Positions 37,440 to 47,239 of a stretch of DNA of 64,000 nt are shown here, one piece after another. The stretch's first letter is position 1. The number at the start of each line of letters is the position of its first letter. A model generated the notes under the pieces. That model had not been told where the DNA came from. It did no database searches and saw only the letters and a program-made list of their open reading frames with translations. Source of the stretch: Lentisphaeria bacterium (lineage in GTDB: Bacteria; Verrucomicrobiota; Lentisphaeria; JABSQK01; JAWLHB01); NCBI GenBank assembly GCA_041690595.1, contig JAWLHB010000010.1, positions 62,001 through 126,000 of the forward strand. Reading direction: 5' to 3'. The position numbers and the translations under genes are program-made.

Positions 37440-38418
37440 TGGCAGCCATCTGGCGCGAGATCTCCCAGGCTAGTGGCTCCCCCGCCAGATAGCGCCGCGT
37501 CTCCTCCACCATGAAGGCGCCCATGCGGGCGCACTCTCCATTCATGGAGCCCGCAATGTGCGGTGTGAGCAGCACGTTCGGCAGATCGTAGAGCGGCGAC
37601 TCTGGCGGCGGCGGCTCCGGATGGGTCACGTCGAGAAGCGCCTGCAGATCGGGACGTTGCGCCAGCACCCGGATCATCTCCTCCTCGCGGACCACCGCGC
37701 CCCGGGCGGTATTGATGAAGGTGGCATTTTCCTTCATCGATGCAAAAAGCTCGCCGGTGATCATGCCTTCCGTTTCCTTGAGCCAGGGAGTATGGAGAGA
37801 AACCACGTCTGACCGGCGAAAGAGTTCCTCCAGCGAGACAAGCTCCACGCCGTACTTCTCACGCATCAGCTGGGCATCGGCAAAGGGATCGTACGCGATG
37901 ACCTTTACACTCAGCGCAAGCAGACGTTCGGCCACCAGACGACCGATCATCCCCATGGAGACCAGACCGACCGTCGACCCATGGCACCCTGCCACCGGCA
38001 GACGATTGTAGCATCGGCTGGCGCGCACTTCCCGCGCATGGCGCCAGCCTTGCTTCAGCGAGATGATGATCTGGGCAAAGGTGTACTCGGCAACCGGTAT
38101 GGCATTGGCGCCGTAAGCGCTGGTAATCCGCATGCCGCGTTCCCAGAATGCATCACTGACGATGCCTCTCACTGACCCGGCGCCATGGAAGACGATTTTC
38201 AGCTTCGGCGCCTGGGCCAGAATCTCTTCAGTGAAGCGCACACAACCCCAACCGCTGTATACCGCCTCCACCTCCCGAAGCACCGCCGGATCGGCTTGAA
38301 GGGAGGCAGGCGTTTGCAGGGGAGAGACCACCTCGGCAACGGCCTCCACCTGCCGCTGGATGACGGGGGGATAAATGAGATCGAATGCTTGATGAGAGAG
38401 AACGTAAAGAGCCTTCAT
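37429..38418 (-). CDS. D-isomer-specific 2-hydroxyacid dehydrogenase
   Basis: AGSVR, PVAEY, GLVSMGMIG, DVVSLHTP, FINTARG, LDVTHPEP, LTPHIAG. Confidence 0.92.
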   Translation of the reverse strand: MKALYVLSHQAFDLIYPPVIQRQVEAVAEVVSPLQTPASLQADPAVLREVEAVYSGWGCVRFTEEILAQAPKLKIVFHGAGSVRGIVSDAFWERGMRITSAYGANAIPVAEYTFAQIIISLKQGWRHAREVRASRCYNRLPVAGCHGSTVGLVSMGMIGRLVAERLLALSVKVIAYDPFADAQLMREKYGVELVSLEELFRRSDVVSLHTPWLKETEGMITGELFASMKENATFINTARGAVVREEEMIRVLAQRPDLQALLDVTHPEPPPPESPLYDLPNVLLTPHIAGSMNGECARMGAFMVEETRRYLAGEPLAWEISRQMAAIMA

Positions 38419-38518
38419 CGCCGCCTTTCGTGCGTATCTTGTTGACTTATCGCGGGTGGTTCATCATTGTATCTGCCGAATGTCGAACATCAAGCACAAT
38501 ATACAGGATTAGAAAAAG

Positions 38519-38908
38519 ATGTATCAGTCACTTCTGCATGCCCACTCTGGCGTGCGCTACCTTGTCATCACCTTGTTGGCCTTGGCAGCCTTGAAACACC
38601 TCATAGGCCTTCTCGGAGGCGGCAAATGGAAGATCTGGGATCAGCGCCTGCTGCTCTGGTCGCTGATTGTGGTCGATCTGCAGGTCGTGTTGGGGCTGGT
38701 GATGCTGATCCAGGGGCAGCGCTGGAGAATACCGCTCTACATGGAGCACGCCACCACGATGATTCTGGTCGCCGTCCTGATTCATGTGGCGCGCAAGCTG
38801 ACCAAGAAGCGTCTGGAGGATGGCGCACGCTTCCGGCGCGCCGTCGCCTGCCTGCTTCCGGCAATTCTGCTTCTCGCGCTGGGCATCTACCGCGTGACGA
38901 TGCCGTGA
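38519..38908 (+). CDS. Small four-TM membrane protein with His residues in helices
   Basis: Four hydrophobic segments; HAHSGVRY, DLQVVLG, MEH, LIH. Confidence 0.7.
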   Translation: MYQSLLHAHSGVRYLVITLLALAALKHLIGLLGGGKWKIWDQRLLLWSLIVVDLQVVLGLVMLIQGQRWRIPLYMEHATTMILVAVLIHVARKLTKKRLEDGARFRRAVACLLPAILLLALGIYRVTMP

Positions 38909-40797
38909 AGGAAGGCGAGCCAGCCATCGTACCTGACGACCCGCCGGAGGAGCGGCTGACAAGCGGCTGGCGACATCGCTTTTTCTGGATTCTGGCGGCT
39001 GTGGCTCTGGTGGCACTAGGGCTGCGGCTGTGGGTGGGCTTCGTTCTGCTTCACTCTCATCCCGCGGTGGCAACTCCTCTTGCCTCCACGGACATGGCCC
39101 AGTACCTCCAGTACGCGCGGCAGATCCTGGCTGGCGAATACGATTACAGCCAGGGCTTCTACTATCAACCCTTTTACTATGCCACCTTTCTGCCGATCGT
39201 TCTGCTCTTCAGTGGCGGCGCCATGGTGGGCGTTGTGGTGGCGCAGGCCCTGCTGGGGGCGCTTACCGTGGGCCTTGTGGGGATGAGTGCGGCGCAGCTC
39301 TTTGGCAAGCGGGCAGGTCTGGCCGCGGCCATCTTTCTGGCTCTCAGCCGCATGCACGTCTTCTATACACCTTTTGCCCTGATCGAGGTGCTGAAAGGCT
39401 TTCTCCTCGCCCTGATGATCTGGCTGGCACTGTTGGCTTACCGCCGGCGCAGCGTCTGGCTATGGCTGGGGGTCGGGTTGGTGGCGGGCTTTGGCAATGC
39501 GACCCGTGGCAACCTGATCCTGCTGCTGCCGCTGCTGATCATCCTGGTGGTGGTGGCCTTGCACGCTCATCGGCGGCGATTGGTTTCGGCGCTTGCCCTT
39601 CTGCTGGTGGCCTTCTATCTGCCGCAGCTCCCCTATGCCTGGATGAACTACCGGGCGCTGGGGCGGTGGGTAGGGCCATCATCAGCGGCAGGCGCCGTTC
39701 TGGCGCTGGGCAACACGCCCGAGGCGCCGCCAGGTGGTCGCGAGCCCTTCATGGGACCCGGCCCCATGGAGTATCCAGAGTCATTTGACGAATGGATGCG
39801 GCAGGAGAAGCTTCCCGGAGATCGAGCCGTCTCCGTGGGCGGCAACATGCTGCGATGGTTTCGCCGTGAACCCCTGGCATGGCTGGAGTTGAAGGGGCGC
39901 ATGATGCTGCTCTTCTGGAACCAGATGGAGGTCCCCAACAATGTGGCGATCCCCCCACGCGAACAGCTTAGCCTTCCCCTTGTGCAGGGACCACTGCTTC
40001 TGGGCTTCCTGCCCATCGGCAGCCTCGGTCTGGCTGGGCTTCTGCTAGCCTGCATATATCGTCGACGGCACTGGGGCGTTCTTTTTCTGGCAGCTTCGGT
40101 GCTCGTTTACAGTGCATCCATCGTGCTCTTCTATGTTCTGGCGCGCTTCCGGCTGCCTGTCGTGCCACTGATATGTCTCTTTGCCGGCTATGGATGCATC
40201 TTCCTGTACGATGCCTATCGAATCTACAAGCGTCGGGGACAATCCCGACGGCTACTGGCCGGCATGGCGGCGCTGGTGGGCTGCGTGATGGTGGTCGGCT
40301 GGGGCTATCCCTTCTATCGGACGACCATCGAGCGCCACGCTCTGGCTCTGGCGCGCCCATCGGGGGTGCAGGTAAAACTGGAGCATGGCTGGAAGATCAT
40401 GGATCATGGTCCACTCAATTTTGGTGGCTGGCAGCCACTGCCCATCCCGCGGGAGGTTTCCCTGCGCAAGAGCTTTGCGGTTCCGGAAGGCGTATCACCC
40501 GATGCACGAGCGACGCTGCGCCTTCGTCTCCTGAGCAGTGGCGGCACTCTGAGTATCCGACTCGGCGAAGGTGAATGGCAACCTTATTACCTCGATCGCG
40601 GTCTGCGGAGTATCGACATCGATGCCGGTCCCCTCTCCCAGGCAAATCCAGCCGTCATGCAGCTCCGGCCCCAGGGCATCGAGGATCTGCAGGTACTGAT
40701 CGACCGGCAGCGCGATTACGCGCGGACGCTGGTCAATGGACAGTCTGTCGGCGGGGAGCTGGTGATCGAGCTACGTCTGGATGACACAGGCCAGTAG
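38905..40797 (+). CDS. GT-C membrane glycosyltransferase (ArnT/PMT-like)
   Basis: DMAQY...YYQPFY, VVAQALLG, many TM helices, RGN, ARFRLP. GTGA overlap with the upstream gene. Confidence 0.75.
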   Translation: MKEGEPAIVPDDPPEERLTSGWRHRFFWILAAVALVALGLRLWVGFVLLHSHPAVATPLASTDMAQYLQYARQILAGEYDYSQGFYYQPFYYATFLPIVLLFSGGAMVGVVVAQALLGALTVGLVGMSAAQLFGKRAGLAAAIFLALSRMHVFYTPFALIEVLKGFLLALMIWLALLAYRRRSVWLWLGVGLVAGFGNATRGNLILLLPLLIILVVVALHAHRRRLVSALALLLVAFYLPQLPYAWMNYRALGRWVGPSSAAGAVLALGNTPEAPPGGREPFMGPGPMEYPESFDEWMRQEKLPGDRAVSVGGNMLRWFRREPLAWLELKGRMMLLFWNQMEVPNNVAIPPREQLSLPLVQGPLLLGFLPIGSLGLAGLLLACIYRRRHWGVLFLAASVLVYSASIVLFYVLARFRLPVVPLICLFAGYGCIFLYDAYRIYKRRGQSRRLLAGMAALVGCVMVVGWGYPFYRTTIERHALALARPSGVQVKLEHGWKIMDHGPLNFGGWQPLPIPREVSLRKSFAVPEGVSPDARATLRLRLLSSGGTLSIRLGEGEWQPYYLDRGLRSIDIDAGPLSQANPAVMQLRPQGIEDLQVLIDRQRDYARTLVNGQSVGGELVIELRLDDTGQ

Positions 40798-40809
40798 CGG
40801 CGAAACGGA

Positions 40810-41706
40810 TCAAGGCTCGTCGAAGAGAAGCACGTCGCTGATGTCGTTGGTATCCGCCATGATCATGAGGAGACGATCGACGCCCAGGGCACAGCCGCCA
40901 GCGGGTGGCATGCCGTCTTCCAATGCGCGCATGAACGCCTCGTCAACAGGATAGACATCGCGTCCCTGTTCATGACGATATCGAGCGCAAGCCTCGAAAC
41001 GGGCGCGCTGTTCGGCAGGATCAATCAACTCGCTGTAGGCATTGGCGATTTCGAGTCCGCTCATGTACAGCTCCCAACGCTCGGCCGTCTCCGGAGCATC
41101 CGCCTTGCGGCGAGCCAGGGCAGCCATTGAAGCCGGGTAATCCGTCAGGAAGGTGGGACACCCATAGCCAAGATGCGGCTCCACCTTCTCCACAAGCAGC
41201 AGCTCGAAGCGATCGTCGGCCACTGCCTGTACGGCGGTCAAGCCGGCATGGGCACGAAAGGCCTCATCGACAGTCACCACTTCCCACGGGCCTTCCAGAT
41301 GCAAGGGATTGCCGCCATAGGTACCGGCAAAGCCAGTTGCCGCGGCGACCGCCCGTACCAGCTCAGTGGTGAAGTGGCGCAGATGGGTATAATCCGCACC
41401 AGCTTGATACCACTCCAGCATGGTGAACTCAGCGCGATGCCTGCGTCCGTGTTCCTCTGCCCGGAAGCAGGGGCCAAGCTGGAAGATGCGTTCCGCTCCT
41501 GCTGCCAGAAGACGCTTCATGTGCAGCTCGGGGGAGGTACGGAGCCATCGCCCGGCCGCCGGCAGCGCATCGATATGCTCTTCGAGCGCCGGGGCGGAGA
41601 GTGACAACGGGGTTTCAACTTCAGTGAAACCCCGTTGCCAGAAGAAGTCGCGTATGGCCCTTGCGGCTGCAGCGCGAAGCCGCAGGACATCAAGCCTTGC
41701 TGACAC
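40810..41706 (-). CDS. epmA: EF-P lysine aminoacylase EpmA/GenX
   Basis: EVETP, LRTSPELHMKRLLA, FRAEE..RRH.AEFTMLEWY, ERWELY, EIANAYSEL, GCALGVDRL; no anticodon domain; adjacent to efp. The GTG start is inferred. Confidence 0.92.
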   Translation of the reverse strand: MSARLDVLRLRAAAARAIRDFFWQRGFTEVETPLSLSAPALEEHIDALPAAGRWLRTSPELHMKRLLAAGAERIFQLGPCFRAEEHGRRHRAEFTMLEWYQAGADYTHLRHFTTELVRAVAAATGFAGTYGGNPLHLEGPWEVVTVDEAFRAHAGLTAVQAVADDRFELLLVEKVEPHLGYGCPTFLTDYPASMAALARRKADAPETAERWELYMSGLEIANAYSELIDPAEQRARFEACARYRHEQGRDVYPVDEAFMRALEDGMPPAGGCALGVDRLLMIMADTNDISDVLLFDEP

Positions 41707-42256
41707 GCTCGATGTACTCGCCGGTGCGCGTATCGATCCGGATGATGTCGTGCTGATTGATGAAGAGAGGCACCTGAAACTCGTAGCCGTTGTCAAGCTT
41801 GGCCAGCTTGGTGACGTTGGTAGCGGTATCGCCACGCACGGTCGGCTCGGTTTCGATGACTTCCTTCTCCACGAACATCGGGATTTCGATGTCGATCGGC
41901 TTGTCGTTGAAGAACAGGATGGTGCAGGCGTCGTTTTCCTTCAGGAAGTAGCTCTTGTCACCAAGCATGCGGCCGGGGACATAGACTTCTTCATAGGTTT
42001 CATCGTCACTGAAGATGAAGTTATCGCCTTCGTTATAGAGAAAGCTCAGCTCGCGCTGCTCCAGATTCGGCCGATCGATGCGGTCATTGGGGCGCCAGGT
42101 GCGGTCCATCGTGCTGCCCGTGATCATGTTCTTCAGCTTGCAGCGGTAGAGCGCCTGTCCCTTGCCGGGCTTGCAGAAGTCGAACTCGGTGATCTCCCAT
42201 GGATCCCCGTCAATCTCAACTTTCAGCCCTTTGCGCAAATCGGAGGAGTTATACAT
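41690..42256 (-). CDS. efp: Elongation factor P
   Basis: DLRKG, KPGKGQA (modifiable Lys), RGDTA, VPLFI, IDTRTGEY. Confidence 0.97.
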   Translation of the reverse strand: MYNSSDLRKGLKVEIDGDPWEITEFDFCKPGKGQALYRCKLKNMITGSTMDRTWRPNDRIDRPNLEQRELSFLYNEGDNFIFSDDETYEEVYVPGRMLGDKSYFLKENDACTILFFNDKPIDIEIPMFVEKEVIETEPTVRGDTATNVTKLAKLDNGYEFQVPLFINQHDIIRIDTRTGEYIERVSKA

Positions 42257-42314
42257 ACAGACGTCGAATTCCTTGTTGTGTGTCAGATTGCCACGCTGTT
42301 CGAAGCAAGCGGAA

Positions 42315-42342
42315 AAGATACTCCGGAGGGCCGGCATTGCAA
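42315..42342 (-). promoter_or_regulatory. Putative sigma-70 promoter for efp-epmA
   Basis: Minus strand reads TTGCAA-N16-TATCTT. Confidence 0.45.
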
Positions 42343-42389
42343 GTGCACAGCGCCGCCGCAAGCTATGCGCGGGTGGCGTCGGCGCGCGG

Positions 42390-42944
42390 TTACCAAGCTT
42401 CGGTTACGCCCTTCACGATCTGATTTGCGGCATCGGCCAAGGCAACTTCAAAAGCCCGTTGACGCGATTCGGTCAGATCCAGCTCTTCCGTAATGGTGGC
42501 TCTTCCGGTTACCGTCTGGGGTGCAAGGACGGGATCGTCACGACCCGGCTTCGAAACCCAGTAGACGACCTGCACCGAAATGCCGTAGATGATCGAGCGG
42601 TAGATCTTTTCGCTGTCCTCGGCACCAGGGTCGTTTTTTTCCGTGATCAATGCAGCTCCCTTGCCGACAACGCTCGAATCGACGATCCGCGTATGCAGAA
42701 TGGTCTGGGCGCTCTCCTCGGGCTTTACCTTTATCGAGCCATCCACCATGAACTGGGCAGGCAGCTTCATCTGCAGATAAGGAGCCAGTCTCGGTTCCTG
42801 CGTGGCATTCTCCACACGAGCGATACCGATGTTCTCAAGTTGTGGATGCGCCAGGCTTCCCATCTTGTAGTGGCGACAGCTCGCGCTCCCGAGGACCACA
42901 GCCAGCATGCAGAGCGATCCCAAACCGAATCGAAGAAACTTCAT
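42390..42944 (-). CDS. lptE: LPS assembly lipoprotein LptE-like
   Basis: Lipobox SASC then HYKMG, ENATQEPRL, C-terminal LADAANQIV...W; directly after bamD. Confidence 0.75.
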   Translation of the reverse strand: MKFLRFGLGSLCMLAVVLGSASCRHYKMGSLAHPQLENIGIARVENATQEPRLAPYLQMKLPAQFMVDGSIKVKPEESAQTILHTRIVDSSVVGKGAALITEKNDPGAEDSEKIYRSIIYGISVQVVYWVSKPGRDDPVLAPQTVTGRATITEELDLTESRQRAFEVALADAANQIVKGVTEAW

Positions 42945-42961
42945 AGAGTCGGGCCTTTTCC

Positions 42962-44149
42962 TTAAAGATCGTGTATCGGCAACAGCCATTTTTCATTCTC
43001 GTCGACGGGAGTAGCGGGCGCACCCGGTGACTGGCTGGAAGATGTATCAGCGGCCGGTGGAAGGAGAGTGTTCGGCTTATCCACGGGAACGGGTGTTCTG
43101 TCTGGCATTGCTTCGGGGGTGGACTCAGGGACAACGGTGCTCTCCGTCGCGGTCAGGTCAGCCAGAAGCTGCCGTGCATCCGCGGCGGCGGCGGTCTCAG
43201 CATATCCATCGAGGACCTGCTGCAGGTAGCGTTGTGCCGCCGGCTCCCGGCGATGTGCTTCACGGAGGTAGAAATTCCCCAGGTAAAGCAGGCGCTGAGC
43301 CTCGACTTCGTTCAACTCCTTGAGCAACTCCTGAGCCAGCTCGCGCGCGGAGTGCTCGGGGTATTCCTGGAGGAAGCGCTGCAACCAGGAACGGGCTTCA
43401 GCCATCAGGTTCATGTCGCCATCGGAACTCTCGGCTCCGGCCTTCAGGGATTGGGCCAGTTCGACCATGGCCGAACCGACCAGTCTCTGGATATCCGCGT
43501 TTGCCGAATCACCGAAGCGATTGATCATGGTGCGCAGATAAGCCGCCGAGGAAAGGTGTTCCTTCTGCCAGCGCTGGACAATGCCAGCCCAGAAGCCGGA
43601 GATGGCAGCCCAATAGGAATATGGCGCCGATCTGATGATGTGGTCGTAGACCTCACGAGCCCGCATGTTGGAGCGTTCGTTGAGGACGTTTCGAAGTGTT
43701 GACGAAGGTGGTTGCTGAAAGTAGCGGTTGGCAATGTGAAACTCTTGCGCCAGCACCTTGTCGAGGGGGATCAGATTGGCATACTTGTCTACAGCTTCTT
43801 CATAAGCCTTGAAGGCGCGCAGATACTCCCCATCGGTGAACTCCATGTTTCCCATGGCAATCAGGGAGATCGCCCGATTCCTGGGATTGGTCGACTTCTT
43901 CGCAATACGCTTATAGAGCTTCAGGCGACGACCCTCGTCTCCCACCTCGGTCATCGCGGTGAGCTCGGCAATGTCTTCCTCGACATCGGCCCGATTCCGG
44001 TTCGCCTGTGGTTCAGCTTCCCAGTTGCTGTCAGCAAGCTCAGGCAGCGTTGCCGAGGCTTCCGGTTGCTGGCCGTCAGCGGCCCAAACTGCCTGCAGGC
44101 ATACTGCCAGCATACCTGCAAAGATCGCGCCCAGTACGCACCTCTTCAT
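42962..44149 (-). CDS. bamD: BamD-like TPR outer-membrane assembly protein
   Basis: Signal peptide, TPR helices, APYS, FLQEYPEHS, LGNFYL, YLQQVLDGY; bamD-lptE synteny. Confidence 0.7.
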   Translation of the reverse strand: MKRCVLGAIFAGMLAVCLQAVWAADGQQPEASATLPELADSNWEAEPQANRNRADVEEDIAELTAMTEVGDEGRRLKLYKRIAKKSTNPRNRAISLIAMGNMEFTDGEYLRAFKAYEEAVDKYANLIPLDKVLAQEFHIANRYFQQPPSSTLRNVLNERSNMRAREVYDHIIRSAPYSYWAAISGFWAGIVQRWQKEHLSSAAYLRTMINRFGDSANADIQRLVGSAMVELAQSLKAGAESSDGDMNLMAEARSWLQRFLQEYPEHSARELAQELLKELNEVEAQRLLYLGNFYLREAHRREPAAQRYLQQVLDGYAETAAAADARQLLADLTATESTVVPESTPEAMPDRTPVPVDKPNTLLPPAADTSSSQSPGAPATPVDENEKWLLPIHDL

Positions 44150-44185
44150 ATAGTCCCGTCCCATTCCCGGTGATGATTGATCGAC

Positions 44186-44222
44186 GTGTCGCGGGTTGAG
44201 GTGAAATGTCAACCCGCGACAC
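44186..44222. repeat. Perfect 14-bp inverted repeat between purC and bamD
   Basis: GTGTCGCGGGTTGA-GGTGAAATG-TCAACCCGCGACAC. Confidence 0.9.
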
Positions 44223-44243
44223 TATAGCCGTGCGCAGGCAGCT

Positions 44244-45143
44244 CTACAACTCACTTCCTGTCAACTGAGCGTATGCCTGCAGATACTTCTCCCGCGTGCG
44301 GGCGACAACGTCTTCGGGCAGAGTCGGTCCGGGAGCCGTCTTGTCCCAGTCCAGAGACTCCAGATAGTCGCGAACGAACTGCTTGTCGAGGCTGGGCGGG
44401 TTCTTGCCAACCTTGTAGCCTTCGGCCGGCCAGAAGCGGCTGGAATCGGGCGTCAGCACTTCGTCGATCAAGATGATCTTGCCTTCATACATGCCGAACT
44501 CGAACTTGGTATCAGCAATGATGATGTTCTTCGTGAGCGCGTATTCCGCGCCGGCTGAGTAGAGCTTGAGGGTGCGTTCACGAAGTTCCGCGGCCCGATC
44601 CGCGCCCACCAACTCTACTGCGCGAGCATAGGTGATGTTCTCGTCGTGCTCGCCCTGCTCTGCCTTGAAGGCCGGCGTGAAGATCGGCTTCTCCAGTTTG
44701 CTTGCCAACTGGTAGCCCGCACGCAACTCGATGCCACAGACGCTGCCATTGCGCTGATAGTCCTTCCAGCCGGAGCCGATGAGATAGCCGCGGGCGACGC
44801 ATTCCACCGGCATCGCATCGCACTTCTTCACCAGCATCGAGCGCTTCTCCAGGTCCTTCTCATAGCGCCGTAACGACTCGGGAAAGTCGCGTACTTCCGT
44901 CGCGATGATGTGATTGGGCATCCAGTCGAAGTGATTGAACCAGAAGGTCGATATGGAGGTAAGAACCTTCCCCTTGTCAGGGATGCCGTTCGGCATGACC
45001 ACGTCGAAGGCGCTGATCCGATCAGTTGCGACCATCAGGAGCGAATCCCCAAGGTCGTAAATATCACGCACCTTGCCCCGTTTGGGCTCAGGCAGCCCTT
45101 CGATCCGCGTGGAGGTCAAGGCACCGTTACTGTCATACTGCAT
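44244..45143 (-). CDS. purC: SAICAR synthase
   Basis: GKVRDIY, TDRISAFD, ECVARGYL.GSGW, IADTKFEFG, DEVLTPDSSRFW, DKQFVRD. Confidence 0.97.
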   Translation of the reverse strand: MQYDSNGALTSTRIEGLPEPKRGKVRDIYDLGDSLLMVATDRISAFDVVMPNGIPDKGKVLTSISTFWFNHFDWMPNHIIATEVRDFPESLRRYEKDLEKRSMLVKKCDAMPVECVARGYLIGSGWKDYQRNGSVCGIELRAGYQLASKLEKPIFTPAFKAEQGEHDENITYARAVELVGADRAAELRERTLKLYSAGAEYALTKNIIIADTKFEFGMYEGKIILIDEVLTPDSSRFWPAEGYKVGKNPPSLDKQFVRDYLESLDWDKTAPGPTLPEDVVARTREKYLQAYAQLTGSEL

Positions 45144-47239
45144 CAGTAGATCTCCTTTCCTGTCTTGACGTCGATGATATGAAACTCTTCCTGATGGATA
45201 TTGGGATCCGCCCGGAACGAGAGGTCGCCACCGAATTCAGCCTCCATGGAGTGGAGGATCTTGGCGTCCTGGTGCTTGAGCCGCTGCAGTACGGCGGGAT
45301 GAACAGTGACCCGAATCTGGCTCCTGCCCTTCTCGCGGCGCAACAATTCCCGCAGCCGCCGTTGGATTTCCACGCTGATCGATATGGAAGACTTGACCAA
45401 CCCACGACCGTTGCAATAGAAGCAGGGCTCGAAGATCGAATCCTGCAGACTCTCGTGCTCACGCTGGCGGGTCATCTCCAGCAGCCCCAACTTGCTGATG
45501 GGCATGATCTTGGTCTTGGCGCGATCTCGTGAAAGCTGATCATGGAAGCGATTGTAGACCTTCATCTGGTCACGCTTCGAGCGCATGTCGATGAAGTCGA
45601 TGACCACCAGACCGCCGATGTTGCGCAGGCGAAGCTGCCTGGCCACTTCGTCAGCCGCCTCGAGGTTGGTCTTGAGAATGGTGTCCGGGTGATCCTTGCC
45701 CTTGCTCTTGGCGGTATCCACATCGATGGCAACCAGCGCCTGCGTCTCGTCGATGGCGATCTCGGATCCACTGGGCAGCACAATGCGCCGCCGGAAGATC
45801 TTCTGGATCTGGTCATTGAGGCCGAAGTGCTCAAAGATGGGGGTAGGATCATTGTAGCGGCGAATGCGGGGGCGCAACTCCTTGCCCAGGCGCTTCGAGT
45901 AGGTAGTGGCCACCTGAAACGCGTCGTCGGAATCGACCACGATTTCATCGATCCCCAGTGACAGGAGATCGCGGATCGACCGTTCGACGAGGCTGGGTTC
46001 CTGATAGATGCAGACGGGAGCGCGGCGCTTGGCGGCGACCCGTTCGGCCTGATGCCAGTGCTCGAGCACCATCTCCATATCCAGGCGGAGGAATTCAGCT
46101 TCCAGTCCCTCGCTGGCGGTTCGGCAGATGCAGCCCATCGTCGGCGGCATATCGAAGGAATGCAGAATACTCTTGAGTCGTCCCCGCTCCTTGCGGTCTT
46201 CAATGCGCTTGGAGACACCCTTGTGGTCGGCGTTGGGCATGAGCACCATGTAGGAACCGGGGATGCTCAGGTTCGTGGTGACCCGGGGACCTTTGTCGCC
46301 AATCATGCCCTTGGTGACCTGCACCACCACTTCGGAACCCACCTTGAAACGCTTGGGAATTTCCGATATGTCGAACTTGCGTGAGCTGCCGCCTCTGCGA
46401 CCGTGCTGCTGTTGCTGCTGCTGTTGCTGCCAGCCGTCATCGTCTTTCGGTCGATTGCCCGGCTTTCCGCTGTTGTCGCCGCGGTTGGAAGTGCCGTCGG
46501 CGTTGCGGGGATTCCGTCCATCGGCGGCATCGCGCTTGAACAAGCTCCGCAGCTTCGCGGCCAACCCAGTGGCAACCGTTACCGGTACGTCCGCCGGCTT
46601 CGCCGGCTTCTCTCTGCCCCCGGGCGCTGCCGGTCGTTTGCCTGCGTCTTGAGGCTGACGAGAGGCGGGAGCAGCGGCTTTTCTGGGCTGTGCTTCACGC
46701 TCGGCTGGCGCGTTGTCATCGCGTCCCGGAGCGGCTCCCTCGCGAGGTGGCGGCGCCCCGCCGCGTCCCCCGCGGCTGCCACGGCTGCGCCGATTGCGGC
46801 TACGGCTGGATCGGCCTGCCTCACCGCCTTCGCCAGCGGCCTCTGAGCGGGAAGCTTTATCCCTGTCACCGTGGCTACCGGAATCGTCGCGGCGATCATC
46901 GCGGCGGTTGCCGCGGGAGTCGTCGTCCCGGCTTCCCCTGGCGTCATCGCCATCCTGGCCGGAGCGCGCGTCGTCGCTGTGTTCGTCATCGTCGTCATCC
47001 TCGTCGATCTCGTTCGGCGGGATCATATCCCAGTAATGGAGAAAAGCGTTTTTCTCCAGGCCGATGTCGACGAAGGCGGCGTTCAGTGAGTCTTCCAGGT
47101 TCTTGATGCGTCCTTTGAAGATCGAACCGACGATGCGGTTCGAGTCCTGACGCTCAATGTAGTATTCCTGGATCTTGCCATCTTCAACCAGAGCGACCCG
47201 CGTTTGCAGGTGCTCGGCATTCACAATGAGTTGTTTCAT
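45143..47239 (-). CDS. Ribonuclease E/G family with large insertion in S1 domain
   Basis: GSIFKGRI, AAFVDIG, NAFLH, VVVQVTK..IGDKGPRVT, RQLRLRNIGGLVVIDFIDM, GLLEMTRQR, Zn-link CFYC. Confidence 0.93.
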   Translation of the reverse strand: MKQLIVNAEHLQTRVALVEDGKIQEYYIERQDSNRIVGSIFKGRIKNLEDSLNAAFVDIGLEKNAFLHYWDMIPPNEIDEDDDDDEHSDDARSGQDGDDARGSRDDDSRGNRRDDRRDDSGSHGDRDKASRSEAAGEGGEAGRSSRSRNRRSRGSRGGRGGAPPPREGAAPGRDDNAPAEREAQPRKAAAPASRQPQDAGKRPAAPGGREKPAKPADVPVTVATGLAAKLRSLFKRDAADGRNPRNADGTSNRGDNSGKPGNRPKDDDGWQQQQQQQQHGRRGGSSRKFDISEIPKRFKVGSEVVVQVTKGMIGDKGPRVTTNLSIPGSYMVLMPNADHKGVSKRIEDRKERGRLKSILHSFDMPPTMGCICRTASEGLEAEFLRLDMEMVLEHWHQAERVAAKRRAPVCIYQEPSLVERSIRDLLSLGIDEIVVDSDDAFQVATTYSKRLGKELRPRIRRYNDPTPIFEHFGLNDQIQKIFRRRIVLPSGSEIAIDETQALVAIDVDTAKSKGKDHPDTILKTNLEAADEVARQLRLRNIGGLVVIDFIDMRSKRDQMKVYNRFHDQLSRDRAKTKIMPISKLGLLEMTRQREHESLQDSIFEPCFYCNGRGLVKSSISISVEIQRRLRELLRREKGRSQIRVTVHPAVLQRLKHQDAKILHSMEAEFGGDLSFRADPNIHQEEFHIIDVKTGKEIY

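Noticed and set aside
38467..38904. N-terminal extension of the 776-aa ORF
   Set aside because: It overlaps the real four-TM gene in another frame; the GTGA-coupled start at 38905 is more plausible.
41707..41835. N-terminal extension of epmA in the ORF track
   Set aside because: It is a Ser-rich alternate-frame read of efp, so I do not take it as evidence of a frameshift fusion.
46404..46430. CAG/CAA poly-Gln tract as a phase-variation switch
   Set aside because: It is an interrupted triplet repeat, and length changes would keep the frame.
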